Below, piece by piece: positions 10,093 to 20,674 of a DNA stretch of 64,000 nucleotides. The stretch lies in the IMG/VR virus record IMGVR_UViG_3300024331_000007, positions 224,001 to 288,000 of that record, one strand, 5' to 3'. The notes below the pieces were generated by a model. That model saw only the letters and a list, made by a program, of their open reading frames with translations. It had not been told where the DNA came from and did no database searches. Made by a program: the position numbers and the translations under genes. The first letter of the stretch is position 1, and every line of letters starts with the position of its first letter. The stretch is from a virus (Duplodnaviria > Caudoviricetes).

Positions 10093-10620
10093 TTATCCCC
10101 GTAGAAATTCAGTAATATCCAGATTATATTTCAAACTGTCCACACGATGTATGCCCATCAGGTACAAACAATAGGAGCAACATGATGATCCTCTGCCCAC
10201 TCCCCAAACAATATCGTTCTGATCGGCGGTCTCCCTGAGATACTTCAGATATCGCAGCAAATTCATCAGATTATACTTCTCGTATAGCTCCAGTTCTTCC
10301 TGAACTCTAGTACGTTCAATGTCTGTTTTACATAGGGAAAGTAAAAACTCATCCATATTCATGTTACTGTACTGGTCAGGCATCAGCCACATCTTCTGTA
10401 ATTCCCTGTGATATTCCTCCAACGAAAAATCGTAGGATCGATTATCCCAAAGACTTATTTCTGGCATGGTCCTTTCCAATGAAAGAAACTCGCGTCCTTT
10501 TATATATGACTGCCCATCCGTAATGTGCAACCCTGTAATATCGAAATTTGGGTTTATCCGCAGATAATCGATTACTTCCTGCTGTGTGTAACCCACTGTT
10601 CCATATTCATCTACGACCAT
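10093..10620 (-). CDS. stand-alone fragment of DNA polymerase III alpha (DnaE-like)
   Basis: WGVGRGSSCCSYCLYLMGIHRVDSLKYNL matches the DnaE GxGRGS...YxLGITxVDPxxYxL palm motif. Confidence 0.8.
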   Translation of the reverse strand: MVVDEYGTVGYTQQEVIDYLRINPNFDITGLHITDGQSYIKGREFLSLERTMPEISLWDNRSYDFSLEEYHRELQKMWLMPDQYSNMNMDEFLLSLCKTDIERTRVQEELELYEKYNLMNLLRYLKYLRETADQNDIVWGVGRGSSCCSYCLYLMGIHRVDSLKYNLDITEFLRG

Positions 10621-10665
10621 GTGAATCCCTTTCTTTATGTTCTATTGATTCTTCCAGCTTCCACT

Positions 10666-11613
10666 TTAGGAGGGTTTTTCATACATTTCCATCCAAGAAA
10701 TTGATTCTCGAACCAATTTTTTGGCGTCATTCAAGGCAGCTTTATTTGAGGTTAGAGTTTCCTTATCATATGAATAGTCTTCATTTGGATCAGACGCAGC
10801 AACAACGTAATATGGTTCTGGATGAACACAACCAAAATCTTGAAATCCTTTCCACAAAGAGCGGGCTACTTCTTTTCCATATCTATAATCAGAGTCAGAT
10901 GGGTTGTCTGTATCTTTACTGGATATGAAATATGCACAAACCCTTCCATGAAGCCTAGCAGCGTACTCAATATTACCACCTCGGCTAATTTCTATACACT
11001 TTGATCGCCATTCCTGATCCTTTGGCCTCCATTCCCCTTTATCAACCAAAAAACCTCCGTCAAGGCTAATAAGCCTATCGCAAAAAAGTTTTAATCTGGA
11101 ACTCATTGCTGATTGCATTACCGGTGTACTAAAAAGCATAACATCAGACTTCAAACATAGAGGATAATATTCCTGCATTGGGTCAAGAGGAAAGCAATTA
11201 CATGGGAACCCACATAATGCGCTGGCAGTCGATACACACCCTTCACATAGATGAACTTCTCTGTCTCTCAAATTTATTTCGACGATGTTTACGGTTTTGT
11301 CATTTCTGAAATCTTCCAATCCGTATTGCAGGAGCATTTGGGAGTTGCTTCTTTCTTTTGAACTGGCGGTTTCATAATTACTTCTGGAACTACCGTGTAC
11401 AACCAAAACTTCAAGATTGCGGTCTTTTCCATTATGATACTCAATAGCCTTTTTCACCGTTTCGACATTTTTATCATGTGCTTTGGACGCATGGTTTGAA
11501 AGTATAGGTATATTGTACCAGTCGATGTGACGAATCTTTTTAATATCCTCCACTGACATACCCTTAGTTAATTTTTCGATTGGAGTTCCTTTATCTTCTG
11601 GCATATAGTTCAC
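10666..11613 (-). CDS. flavodoxin-fold NAD(P)H-dependent FMN reductase / iron-sulfur flavoprotein-like
   Basis: VHGSSR...SNSQML, C-x-G-C...C...C cluster, DVMLFSTPV...MSSRLKLFCDRL. Confidence 0.75.
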   Translation of the reverse strand: MNYMPEDKGTPIEKLTKGMSVEDIKKIRHIDWYNIPILSNHASKAHDKNVETVKKAIEYHNGKDRNLEVLVVHGSSRSNYETASSKERSNSQMLLQYGLEDFRNDKTVNIVEINLRDREVHLCEGCVSTASALCGFPCNCFPLDPMQEYYPLCLKSDVMLFSTPVMQSAMSSRLKLFCDRLISLDGGFLVDKGEWRPKDQEWRSKCIEISRGGNIEYAARLHGRVCAYFISSKDTDNPSDSDYRYGKEVARSLWKGFQDFGCVHPEPYYVVAASDPNEDYSYDKETLTSNKAALNDAKKLVRESISWMEMYEKPS

Positions 11614-11809
11614 CCAAATCCTCAGATGCAGTATTTAAGACAGTATGATAACCCAAAGGAAGTTTATCCCCATCTAACACCAGCGCACCTTTAAAAACAA
11701 ACCCAGTGTTATTGTAGTTGTATTTTTTACCAACTTGATTAAGCACAACCGAGAACCCCTTAACTGGCTTCTGGTCACTATATTTTGGAAGTATGTCAGT
11801 TATTTTCAT
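11591..11809 (-). CDS. late hypothetical protein
   Basis: TAAATA (11815-11820)-N5-ATG. Confidence 0.55.
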   Translation of the reverse strand: MKITDILPKYSDQKPVKGFSVVLNQVGKKYNYNNTGFVFKGALVLDGDKLPLGYHTVLNTASEDLGELYARR

Positions 11810-11852
11810 GGGTATATTTATGCTTTAATAACCGTGCCGTACTCGTCAACTA

Positions 11853-12843
11853 TCATTTTCGTTTATCCATATTCCATTTATAGCTCACAACAACTCCACT
11901 GAAAAACATTCCGACTATAATACAGAACCAACCTGTTACACGAGCCGCCAGAATGGTTTCATTCGCAACAAGTATTATACCCCAATCCAACATAAAGGTG
12001 GAAGCAAGAAGAAGACCTGCAATGGGTAAAATAATGGAATGTTCTTTTGGTTTCCTCATCGGGTGTTCCTTTGAATATCTGCGATTATCAGAGTAAAAAG
12101 AAGACTGACAGCAAGCATTACTGAACCCAAGATACGCAACATAATAAACTTGTCGTTAACCAGTAGCATTATGGCCCCATCCAGTAGAAAACTGGAGAGG
12201 ACTAATGCACACAGACCAAGGTTATTCATAAGATTTTCCTTTTCGTCTCTATTGTGGCGTACATGAATATCAAACCAAAGAACAAAATTCCACATCCAAC
12301 AATTTGTTCGGCGCTATTATACTCGTAAGTACAGAATATCCATAAGCTGATATTACTCAGGATCGTAGCCAGAGCCATGTAGAATATGACGAAACAATAT
12401 TTAGATGGTTCTTTGGTTGGTTCTCTCATGAGCCTACAGAATCCCTTCTTCGAAATCGAATAACAAACCATGACAACCAACCGGATACGTACAATATTAC
12501 CAAATCACAAATTTTGGTTGTAATATCTGGCGCAGTACAAAAGAAACCATAGATAGACAAATACATCAACAACGTGGATACAACCATCATCACGGCGCTG
12601 AAACGTCTTTCGGGCGAAGTAGATGATTCATGCACCATTGATTTTTATTTCCTGTCTAACGACCAGTCCAGTGAGTATCACACTGCAAATGAGCATGGTA
12701 ATATCCAGACCCATTGTAACCTTGTCAGGCTTTGGGATTAATCCACGAACACCAACAAATGTCCAGCAGGCCGCACCCAAAAGGAGAATATTTCTGAATA
12801 TTCTTGCGTGATGGTCGTAGTAATTTACTTTGGAAGAAGCCAT
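11853..12843 (-). CDS. cluster of five small two-TM membrane proteins: 11853-12059, 12056-12295, 12226-12480, 12426-12638, 12628-12843
   Basis: Each ORF has two hydrophobic helices and a basic C-terminus; overlapping tandem arrangement. Confidence 0.6.
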
Positions 12844-13368
12844 GTCTTAATCGAGAAGACAGCATTTCTCGCTGATTCCTCGTCGCATCCTTTCCACGTC
12901 AGGGTATTAGAGAACCCGTCCATATCACCACCATTAAGAACTTCAATCAGGGCGCGTTTAATTTCAACACCCTTGAATATGATGGCGACTCCGCCTTCGG
13001 CTGAGGCCAAAATTCTATCAGGAGGACAGCGCAAATCCAGAAGATATTTCAGGATTAAAGCTGCTTGATGAATTGAATTGTCAGTGGGTTTGGGTGCGCC
13101 ATATGAATCCCAGCCATCTTCAAGTGCTCTTAGTTTGTCGAATACAAATTCTTCCATTTTAATTCCTTCTCTTCCGCCAGAACTCTGCGATGATTTGTGG
13201 CGCAATCAAAACACGTACTATCCCAAATATTATCTTCTTCGCCGTACCTGTTAGAGTGAGCACCGCAGGCTGATTCCCCCAGAGACGAAGATACTCGTTC
13301 AATTCAGTTTCGTTCATTGTTTTTTCCGAAAGGATCATTTGTGGTTCTTTGCCAGTCCTGCCAAGCAT
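12825..13368 (-). CDS. two hypothetical proteins: 12825-13205, 13159-13368
   Basis: ORF track; the first has a LxxLEDGWDSYGAPKP motif. Confidence 0.5.
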
Positions 13369-13468
13369 TAACTTCAGCGGAAATCCGAGCGAATATTAAT
13401 TCCAGTTCTTCGGAGGGAGTCAATTCTTTCCTGACTTTCTTCTTTCGAGGCATAACCAAATCCTTTTA

Positions 13469-14095
13469 TTATTCGTCGTTGCCACCGTCCAGCACTACGA
13501 CATCGGGGCTATCCATATTATCGTCCATTTCAAGCTCAAATACAACATCTAATTCTTTATCAGTTTTTGGTTCCCATTCAAGGTTAATATCCGCCCAAGA
13601 ACTTGCGAATTTCAAACGCTTTGGATCGTCCGTTGTCGAGGGATCAGGACGCATCCACCACGGAACCTCAATCTTTTCAGAATCATAGTCAAAGTTTTCG
13701 AAGTCTTCGACGGTATATTGTAAATCTGGTGAGATATCGCTGCCAATCTTTATTTTATCAATCTCAAATTTTCCTTCGGAGATGGCATGAAGTTTATGGA
13801 AGAGTATTAAAGCCACAATTTGGTCAAATGGTTCTTCAGGAAATAAAATGACGCGGCTTTCTTTAGCCAAAGATGCTATTTTCTTTATGTTTGGGTTTTT
13901 GTCGTGTATGAACACACTATTATTGAGCACTTCCTTGATGAAGATCAGGATGCGCTGGATGGCTACATTTTGATGAACGGAGTTTTCAGTTAACGTGAGA
14001 AAGTCAATCTTGAGTTTGTAAGAGTTCGGAAAAATTCTGGTCCCATCGACCACCACAGCGGAAAAACCAACAGAATGTGACAATTTTACGTTCAT
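13469..14095 (-). CDS. conserved-looking hypothetical protein with acidic tail
   Basis: 208 aa ORF with GGAGG SD upstream; no function recognised. Confidence 0.65.
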   Translation of the reverse strand: MNVKLSHSVGFSAVVVDGTRIFPNSYKLKIDFLTLTENSVHQNVAIQRILIFIKEVLNNSVFIHDKNPNIKKIASLAKESRVILFPEEPFDQIVALILFHKLHAISEGKFEIDKIKIGSDISPDLQYTVEDFENFDYDSEKIEVPWWMRPDPSTTDDPKRLKFASSWADINLEWEPKTDKELDVVFELEMDDNMDSPDVVVLDGGNDE

Positions 14096-14113
14096 CCGAC
14101 CTCCAAACGAAGA

Positions 14114-14181
14114 TAAATATCTATACAGTTCGCGAACCTCGTGAGTTCCAACTGCTCTAATGCCTTGGAGGGCAATCAGCT
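14114..14181 (+). promoter_or_regulatory. late promoter plus conserved structured leader, copy 2
   Basis: TAAATA-tctata-CAGTT-CGC-GAAC-ctcgtga-GTTC-C-AACTG-ctctaat-GCC-ttggag-GGC-aatcagct-ATG. Confidence 0.75.
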
Positions 14182-14925
14182 ATGCGTATTTATGATACAG
14201 CCTCATTCATCGAAAAGGCCAGAATCGTACATGATTCGAGTTACGATTATTCCAAAGTAAAATATTTGAAATCATCACAGAAGGTAAAGATCATTTGCCC
14301 GAAGCATGGTGTCTTTATGCAAACCCCCAACAATCATTTGGCAGGTCAGGGTTGCATGCAATGTGGTTTTGTGACTCGTTCGTCTGTTCATTTTTCTAAT
14401 ACTGAATCATTTATAGAATCTGCCAAGATTCCGCATAATAAGAAATACAAATATGACCAAACAATTTATCTTCATAGTGAAAAACCAGTTGTAATTTTAT
14501 GCCCAAAACACGGAGAATTTTCGCAAAAACCTTTTAAGCATTTGCAAGGACAAGGTTGTCCTAAATGCCGAAATAGCAAAGGTCAAGATGCTATAGAACG
14601 ATTTTTGTTGGATTCTAATGTCAAGTATAAGACAGAAGTAAGATTTGATGATTGTAAAAATAAACGATCCTTACCATTCGATTTCGCAATTTATAAAGGA
14701 AATGCATTGATTGGTTTGATAGAATTTCAAGGCCAACAACATTTTCTAGCAGCGCCTCATTTTGGTGGCGTAAAGCAACTCGTTTACATACAGAAAAATG
14801 ACCAGATCAAGAGAGATTATTGTATATCCAAAGATATTCCACTACTGGAGATAAAATTTACCAATCTTAGAACTATCAAAAAGATACTTTCAAATTTTCT
14901 AATTAGATGCCAATATCAATATTGA
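14182..14925 (+). CDS. endonuclease with two CPxHGxFxQxPxxHLxGxGCxxC zinc modules and a Vsr/PD-(D/E)XK-like C-terminal domain
   Basis: Repeated CPKHG modules; LPFDF...LIEFQGQQHF...KNDQIKRDYC. Confidence 0.75.
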   Translation: MRIYDTASFIEKARIVHDSSYDYSKVKYLKSSQKVKIICPKHGVFMQTPNNHLAGQGCMQCGFVTRSSVHFSNTESFIESAKIPHNKKYKYDQTIYLHSEKPVVILCPKHGEFSQKPFKHLQGQGCPKCRNSKGQDAIERFLLDSNVKYKTEVRFDDCKNKRSLPFDFAIYKGNALIGLIEFQGQQHFLAAPHFGGVKQLVYIQKNDQIKRDYCISKDIPLLEIKFTNLRTIKKILSNFLIRCQYQY

Positions 14926-15145
14926 TTATCTCATCCATTGAGGTTCCGTTTTTCTTCAAATGGGCTTCAAATTTTTCGGCGTTACGGCGACTCTGTTCTT
15001 CATAAAGACCCATTAAAATAGGCTGAGCTTGACGAGCAAGGTTTACATTGTTTGAAAACACAATTCTCGTTAGCCTCTGTATTTTTGTATCCAGTTCTTC
15101 GTCCGTTAATTCCAGTACCGATTTCTCGATTCTCTGTTCGGCCAT
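14903..15145 (-). CDS. hypothetical protein
   Basis: 80 aa ORF with GAGG SD. Confidence 0.55.
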   Translation of the reverse strand: MAEQRIEKSVLELTDEELDTKIQRLTRIVFSNNVNLARQAQPILMGLYEEQSRRNAEKFEAHLKKNGTSMDEIINIDIGI

Positions 15146-15153
15146 ACATTCCT

Positions 15154-15340
15154 CTATTGCCCTTGTGGGTTCCAGTCTGTAGGTAGGTTAGTTAGACTCC
15201 ACCATTTATGTCCCAGTAATCCATATTCTTATGGTTCGTCATATCCATATTCAGTGCCACAGGACGGGCAAATCTCGTAGGTTAGTCTTGTTGGGTCTTC
15301 TCTGATATAAGGATATTCACATACTGAACATTATTCCTCA
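15154..15340 (-). pseudogene. decayed Cys-rich small gene
   Basis: Manual frame CSVCEYP...YEICPSCGTEYGYDEP*EYGLLGHKWWS...WNPQGQ*; internal TAA at 15229-15231 and no in-frame start. Confidence 0.5.
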
Positions 15341-15625
15341 ACTAATCATGTGCATCATTGCAAACGTAACAGCCATATTGCTATTTCCATCACATTTCCT
15401 AATTGTCCACTGACTACCATGTCGTTCCGCGCTGAAGTTAGGCCATTTAAGTGAAACAACAATTCTCTCTAGCTCTCCCAAATAAGTTGCGATATATGGA
15501 TACGGATAAGAAGATGTTGAAACTCCGGGGCGACCAGTCGATCCACTGAAACAAATTCCAGCCGCGTGGAAATTATCAAAATCTTCTTCGGTCATATCCG
15601 CGACTATAAGACTAGTTGTATTCAT
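15338..15625 (-). CDS. hypothetical protein
   Basis: ORF track, co-oriented. Confidence 0.5.
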   Translation of the reverse strand: MNTTSLIVADMTEEDFDNFHAAGICFSGSTGRPGVSTSSYPYPYIATYLGELERIVVSLKWPNFSAERHGSQWTIRKCDGNSNMAVTFAMMHMIS

Positions 15626-15839
15626 TCCTGTTCTTCCAAGATGTACTCAGCATTATGAGATTACTAAATCTAAAAAACGATTTCTGGGCAATCTTACTGG
15701 TTCAACCTCGTTTTCCATTTTTATTGATAATTCCAGTACTTTCCTCTCAAAGTTTCTATCTCTTTTTAGTTCCAATGGATGTTTTACTTTGGGTATTCGT
15801 GTTCGTCGGGTTTTGCGAATTACATTCATATTTTATTCT

Positions 15840-16442
15840 TTAATTAATACCTGAAATAAACCAGTTAGTACCGTCTGCACTGCCAAACTTTAATAGCTTT
15901 GGTTGTGTTGTGGTAAGAACAACGCTATTGTTAGCATAGAAGAAATTGGCCACGGCGTTTCCACCATAGATAGAAGAACCAGTAGTAAGATTTGAGAAGT
16001 TCAGAGTCTGCGGTGCCGAAGCTGCCTTGGCAATGATAATCATTTCTGAATAACCTAAACCGGGGAAGTTTGAGAAAGCAATGGATTGTATAACTGGCGA
16101 TCCCGCTGTGATGTTAATGTTCGCAACAGCAGTATTGGCAAAACTCAGTGTTGGTACTGAGTTGGCTGCGGAAGCTACCACGCTGGATGTTACCAAACCA
16201 TAATCAAACAATGAAAGGTTGGAGTTCTGCATTCCGCCAAAGTTATTAATGGAAGAATTTGCTCCGTACAATAGAGGCGCGGCCACGATGACCTTATTAA
16301 GTACATCGTTCATTTCCGAAACGTATTGCGAGAATGCATTCTGGATAGCCAGAAAGTTAGTGCGGAAACCCTGAGATGGTTGGTTAACGCCCGGTACGGG
16401 GAATTGAGCATTAATCGAGTTTGGTTTTACTTGGCTGGGCAT
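15840..16442 (-). CDS. probable virion structural protein
   Basis: Asn/Ser/Thr-rich; FPVPGVNQPSQGFRTNF N-terminus; own TAAATA (16468-16473) and GGAG SD; adjacent to the baseplate gene. Confidence 0.55.
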   Translation of the reverse strand: MPSQVKPNSINAQFPVPGVNQPSQGFRTNFLAIQNAFSQYVSEMNDVLNKVIVAAPLLYGANSSINNFGGMQNSNLSLFDYGLVTSSVVASAANSVPTLSFANTAVANINITAGSPVIQSIAFSNFPGLGYSEMIIIAKAASAPQTLNFSNLTTGSSIYGGNAVANFFYANNSVVLTTTQPKLLKFGSADGTNWFISGIN

Positions 16443-16475
16443 TGGTGACTCCGTGAAACAGATACTGTATTTAGG

Positions 16476-19400
16476 TTAAACTCCCACGACAGGTGGGTTT
16501 ATAAACGAACTGTTTGGAAACTTGATATAGATAGCTCCATCGTCATCATTTAAAAATACATCGGATGTATCAAAGAACGTACCAATATCTGTGAAGTTGG
16601 TTGTTCCTTCAGTAATGATAACAATGCAATTCTCAGTCGTCAAATCGAAACTGGATTCTGTAGTTAAATCATCGTCGGGAACACCCTGATCAAACTGAGT
16701 TAATTCAGATGACCACCATCCTGCAACAATGACCACATTGACATTTGCAAAGGCATTTCCAGTTGGCAATAAGCCCAGATTAGCAAGAGGAGTATTATTT
16801 CCGTCATAAAGAATAAATGGACTGCCAGTGATGTTCTGGATGTATAGTTCATTGTCTGCTCCTATTCCTGCTTGTATACCCTGTATGTCATAGCTATTGA
16901 TGATGGCGGCAACGTTAGATATATCGGCAATATTTGATGGCAAATTAACAACTATATTTCCAGTGTATGAATAAGTTCTGGGCGTGAGGTCTGGAGCGAA
17001 GGCAATAGGAGCGGCTGGATTAATCGTGAAGCTGCTATTGGCAGTCAAATTCAAGCTATAGGCATAACCCGCAGATGTTGTCTCAGAGATACCATTGGCA
17101 TTATTGACCAAAAATGAAACAGGCGTCGATGATACTACTGGGAATTTTCCATTGTTATTGGCATTGGTCATACCCTGAATAACCATCTGTGTTCCAGCAG
17201 GAACTGCATTTCCTGTGTTCGTTTCAATTACAGCATAATTTGCGTTACTGCCAGAAACAGTCACAGCAGAAATCTGGGCTGTAATATTCTTCGCAACTAA
17301 TGTTACGCGGGGACGCGGGTCCCAATTCTGGCTGTATCCCGCATTCCAAACCAATCTATCTGTAATTGCGTCGATAGTCTCCACAGCAGGACCAATAGTG
17401 TTATAGTATTGCTGTAGATAGAACATGATTCTCTTCCCTGTTCCCGGTTTGCAATACAACAGAGGAATTGCAGGCACAAAACCCAGAATTTGTCCATCTG
17501 GTTGAATGTCCCGCATCCAAGAAGGCAGGAAGTTATAGTCGAAACCATTTAAATGGGTATTCAACTGGTGAATCATGTTCGGTAATGTTGCAGGGAAGGC
17601 GTTTTTTGGACCCGCTGGAGTATTATAACTAACGGGACCAGAAAAAGTCTGATAACTTGTATTTGTGAACTCGTCCAAAGGTTCAATATAGATAACCTCG
17701 TATCCTTCCGAGGAAGATCGCGCCCACTTCAGACCATTAAATAGATATTTCTTATTATGGAAGTATCTTTCAATTGCTTCCTGAATGGTATCTGGGATTT
17801 CTGGGCTGATTCCATAGGCCAATAGCATTCTAACATGCTGAGCAATACCAAAATAGAAGTCATCCTGACGGAAGATATCATCATTGGACACGATAGACTC
17901 ATCATTCAATGGAGTGAACAGAGTATTCATATCTGTATCGCCCAAAAGAAATTCCAGACTTAAATTAGTTGGTGGTGCGGCAGTAATACTGTTTGGTATA
18001 GTTGTTTTCAGGTTTAATGTGAAGTCTCTCGTTACCTGAATGAGCGTCTGGAAGTTCTCAGTGACAACATTGGCACCACTAAGATCAGTTTCAGTGAAAT
18101 CGATGGGGCGATTCTGTCCAATTGACGCTGTAACTGTAAAATCAAAGGTGCGATCAAAGATTGTTTGATTCTGGTCAACAATTGTTGTCTGATCCATAGA
18201 AAAATATTGACTGGATGGCAGACCAACAATAAGTCCATTGGACAATAGCTGGCAACCAGCAGGAATCGTACCTCCTGTTAGCTCATACTTAATAGGATTG
18301 GTCGGTGTAATTCTGCTGCGACCCAGAATTGTAACCTTTGGAATGGCCTGATAGTTATGACCAGTCGTATCCACGATAACATTGGATAATGTACCGTTGA
18401 AAATACGCGCTTCCGCTGTGGCTGTTACAGACTCACCCGCAGGTTCGAATCCTACTGTTGCTGTATCATAGAATCCACCTCTGGTTAGGATATTAACTTG
18501 ATCCACTCCGAAGTCCAAACCGAATATAGCATTAAGAGCATTGGCATTTCCAGTGGAATTAGTCCAGATAACAGTTAGTCCATCAGGTAATTTAGTATAT
18601 TCCTGCACAATTGTTGGGTCGATTGTAACCTCAGTAATTGTTCCTGACGCACTTACGTTAGACACAATGATATTGGCACTGTTCGCACTAATTCCACCGG
18701 GAACTGTGAAGATAGAACCGTTCGCAAAAGCGTTACCACCATTAATAATCTCAACACCAACCAATTTTAATGTGCAATTAGCTGTTGCTGTTTGGATAGA
18801 AGGAGCAGTGAAAGGCTCAATGATTGAGGCATGAACGTCCAGACTGCTTGGAACGCCAGCAAAGAGGTTTCCAAGGTTATTCTGGCTATCCCAGACAATG
18901 CTATTGTCTGCTGGATTCTCAACAGTCAGTGTGCAAAAGGCTGTTGTTTGTAAATGACTATTCGTAAAGACGTTTGCACTCTTATAGGCAATGACTTGGA
19001 ACTCGTATGGAGTAGGCAAAGTCAGATCGCGGTTAATATAACCAGACAACCACCCTGTAATTGGATTGATCGTGACATTGCCCGGTATAGCATCTCCATT
19101 AATAAGGAGATAATTCAGTGTATTATCTTCGAAGTCTTCAGTGCGAAACTGGTAAAGGATCGAGTCACCGTCCACAACACCCAAATTGATGTTGGCAAAG
19201 TCCGAAGAACAAACATTCAGACCGAAAGTAGCATCCAAAAAGATTGGATCATGATACACAGGACCAGAAACATTTGCGTTGGCATTATTAAACAGGTCTT
19301 GGCGCTGAATTGTCAGACTGAAATCCGCAGTATTTTGTGCATCGTACTGGACTGTGAAGTCGTATGTCCGAGAATTGGCGCTGTGAGGCAGGTTTGGCTT

Positions 19401-19931
19401 GCCAGCCTCTTTGTTTGGATAGATGAAACCAGAATCGTACAGGACAACAGGGCTTACATAGCCTGTAATGTCGCCTGTCTCTGGGTTCAAAACAAGTTGG
19501 TCTGGAAGACTACCAGAAACGATAGTCATATTCGTCGGCCAGTTTGGTGTGGCAGTTAGTGGGGCAACTGTGGAATACAAATATTGACCATCTGGAAAAA
19601 TGCCCAGATCGGAATTAGGAAACAAATATGAAGGTTCTTGATCTAATACATTAAAAGAGAAGGCTCTATCCGAAATATTTCCTACATCAGTAGATGCTCT
19701 TATTGTAAAGGTAGACAAACCAGTTATTGCATCAACAGAAGTAGACCCCCAAATTGATGGAAAAGGTAGACTTGGTTGATTAAAGGGGCCAGTGATTGTT
19801 AAGCCAATAGGAAGATTTCCTGCTATAATAGAAAAAGAGTTAGCTCCAGAACATGAAATAGCTACATTGCAAGGTTCACCTTTTGCAATGTTTCCTAATG
19901 ATCCAGCGGGGGTTGTCCAGACGATAGCCAT
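16476..19931 (-). CDS. large baseplate wedge-like structural protein with Ig-like repeats
   Basis: MAIVWTTPAGSLG start (TAAATA-N5-ATG at 19931); repeated GxLPxGLxLxxxGxIxG Ig-type motifs; LPSWMRDIQ...LGFVPA...CKPG segment. Confidence 0.7.
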   Translation of the reverse strand: MAIVWTTPAGSLGNIAKGEPCNVAISCSGANSFSIIAGNLPIGLTITGPFNQPSLPFPSIWGSTSVDAITGLSTFTIRASTDVGNISDRAFSFNVLDQEPSYLFPNSDLGIFPDGQYLYSTVAPLTATPNWPTNMTIVSGSLPDQLVLNPETGDITGYVSPVVLYDSGFIYPNKEAGKPNLPHSANSRTYDFTVQYDAQNTADFSLTIQRQDLFNNANANVSGPVYHDPIFLDATFGLNVCSSDFANINLGVVDGDSILYQFRTEDFEDNTLNYLLINGDAIPGNVTINPITGWLSGYINRDLTLPTPYEFQVIAYKSANVFTNSHLQTTAFCTLTVENPADNSIVWDSQNNLGNLFAGVPSSLDVHASIIEPFTAPSIQTATANCTLKLVGVEIINGGNAFANGSIFTVPGGISANSANIIVSNVSASGTITEVTIDPTIVQEYTKLPDGLTVIWTNSTGNANALNAIFGLDFGVDQVNILTRGGFYDTATVGFEPAGESVTATAEARIFNGTLSNVIVDTTGHNYQAIPKVTILGRSRITPTNPIKYELTGGTIPAGCQLLSNGLIVGLPSSQYFSMDQTTIVDQNQTIFDRTFDFTVTASIGQNRPIDFTETDLSGANVVTENFQTLIQVTRDFTLNLKTTIPNSITAAPPTNLSLEFLLGDTDMNTLFTPLNDESIVSNDDIFRQDDFYFGIAQHVRMLLAYGISPEIPDTIQEAIERYFHNKKYLFNGLKWARSSSEGYEVIYIEPLDEFTNTSYQTFSGPVSYNTPAGPKNAFPATLPNMIHQLNTHLNGFDYNFLPSWMRDIQPDGQILGFVPAIPLLYCKPGTGKRIMFYLQQYYNTIGPAVETIDAITDRLVWNAGYSQNWDPRPRVTLVAKNITAQISAVTVSGSNANYAVIETNTGNAVPAGTQMVIQGMTNANNNGKFPVVSSTPVSFLVNNANGISETTSAGYAYSLNLTANSSFTINPAAPIAFAPDLTPRTYSYTGNIVVNLPSNIADISNVAAIINSYDIQGIQAGIGADNELYIQNITGSPFILYDGNNTPLANLGLLPTGNAFANVNVVIVAGWWSSELTQFDQGVPDDDLTTESSFDLTTENCIVIITEGTTNFTDIGTFFDTSDVFLNDDDGAIYIKFPNSSFINPPVVGV

Positions 19932-19953
19932 ATCAATATTTAGCAATCGCTGA

Positions 19954-20019
19954 TAAATACAAATGCCAACCGCGAGTCTGAACACTCCGTTGGCTCTAAT
20001 GTCAGAGAGGACATCAGCT
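19954..20019 (+). promoter_or_regulatory. late promoter plus conserved structured leader, copy 3
   Basis: TAAATA-caaat-GCCAAC-CGC-GAGT-ctgaac-ACTC-C-GTTGGC-tctaat-GTC-agagag-GAC-atcagct-ATG. Confidence 0.75.
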
Positions 20020-20670
20020 ATGAATATTTATATCGCTCCCTTTTCTCAACTACTGATATTCTATGTGTATTCCTATTTGAGAGAAGACGGAACTCCATAC
20101 TATATAGGTAAGGGCATTCGCGATAGGGCATTTAATCCACGACATCGCCTAAAACCAAAAGACCATACCCGTATCCAAATAATTTCTGAAAATATGAATG
20201 AAGCTGATGCATTTCAATTAGAAATGTTACTTATTTATTTTTATGGTAGGTCTGACTTGAATAATGGTATACTCCATAATCTCACGAATGGCGGTGATGG
20301 GTTGTTTGGTCATGTACAAACCGACGAAACTAAAAAGAAAAGATTGCCGTCTCTAATAGGAAATAAGAGGGCCTTAGGTAATCATCACAGTGAAGAAACA
20401 AAGAGAAAGCAACGAGTATCAAAAATAGGTGTCAAAAATCCATTCTTTAATAAAACTCATACTAAAGAGGTTATAAAGAAAATTTCACTAGCTAATAAAG
20501 GTAAAATTGTTTCTAAAGAAACTCGCCTAAGGATGTCGGAAGCACAAAAGAAAGTTCCTAGAAAAGGAACAGTTTCGCCAAACAAGGGAAAAACTATGAC
20601 CTCTGCTCAAAAATTGAAAATCAGTTTGGCTAAGAAAGGAACAATCCCTTGGAATAAGGCAAGACGCTGA
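20020..20670 (+). CDS. GIY-YIG homing endonuclease with NUMOD3-like repeats
   Basis: FYVYSYLREDGTPYYIGKG...R...E...LHNLTNGG; HSEET, HTKEV, PWNK. Confidence 0.85.
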   Translation: MNIYIAPFSQLLIFYVYSYLREDGTPYYIGKGIRDRAFNPRHRLKPKDHTRIQIISENMNEADAFQLEMLLIYFYGRSDLNNGILHNLTNGGDGLFGHVQTDETKKKRLPSLIGNKRALGNHHSEETKRKQRVSKIGVKNPFFNKTHTKEVIKKISLANKGKIVSKETRLRMSEAQKKVPRKGTVSPNKGKTMTSAQKLKISLAKKGTIPWNKARR

Positions 20671-20674
20671 AGCC

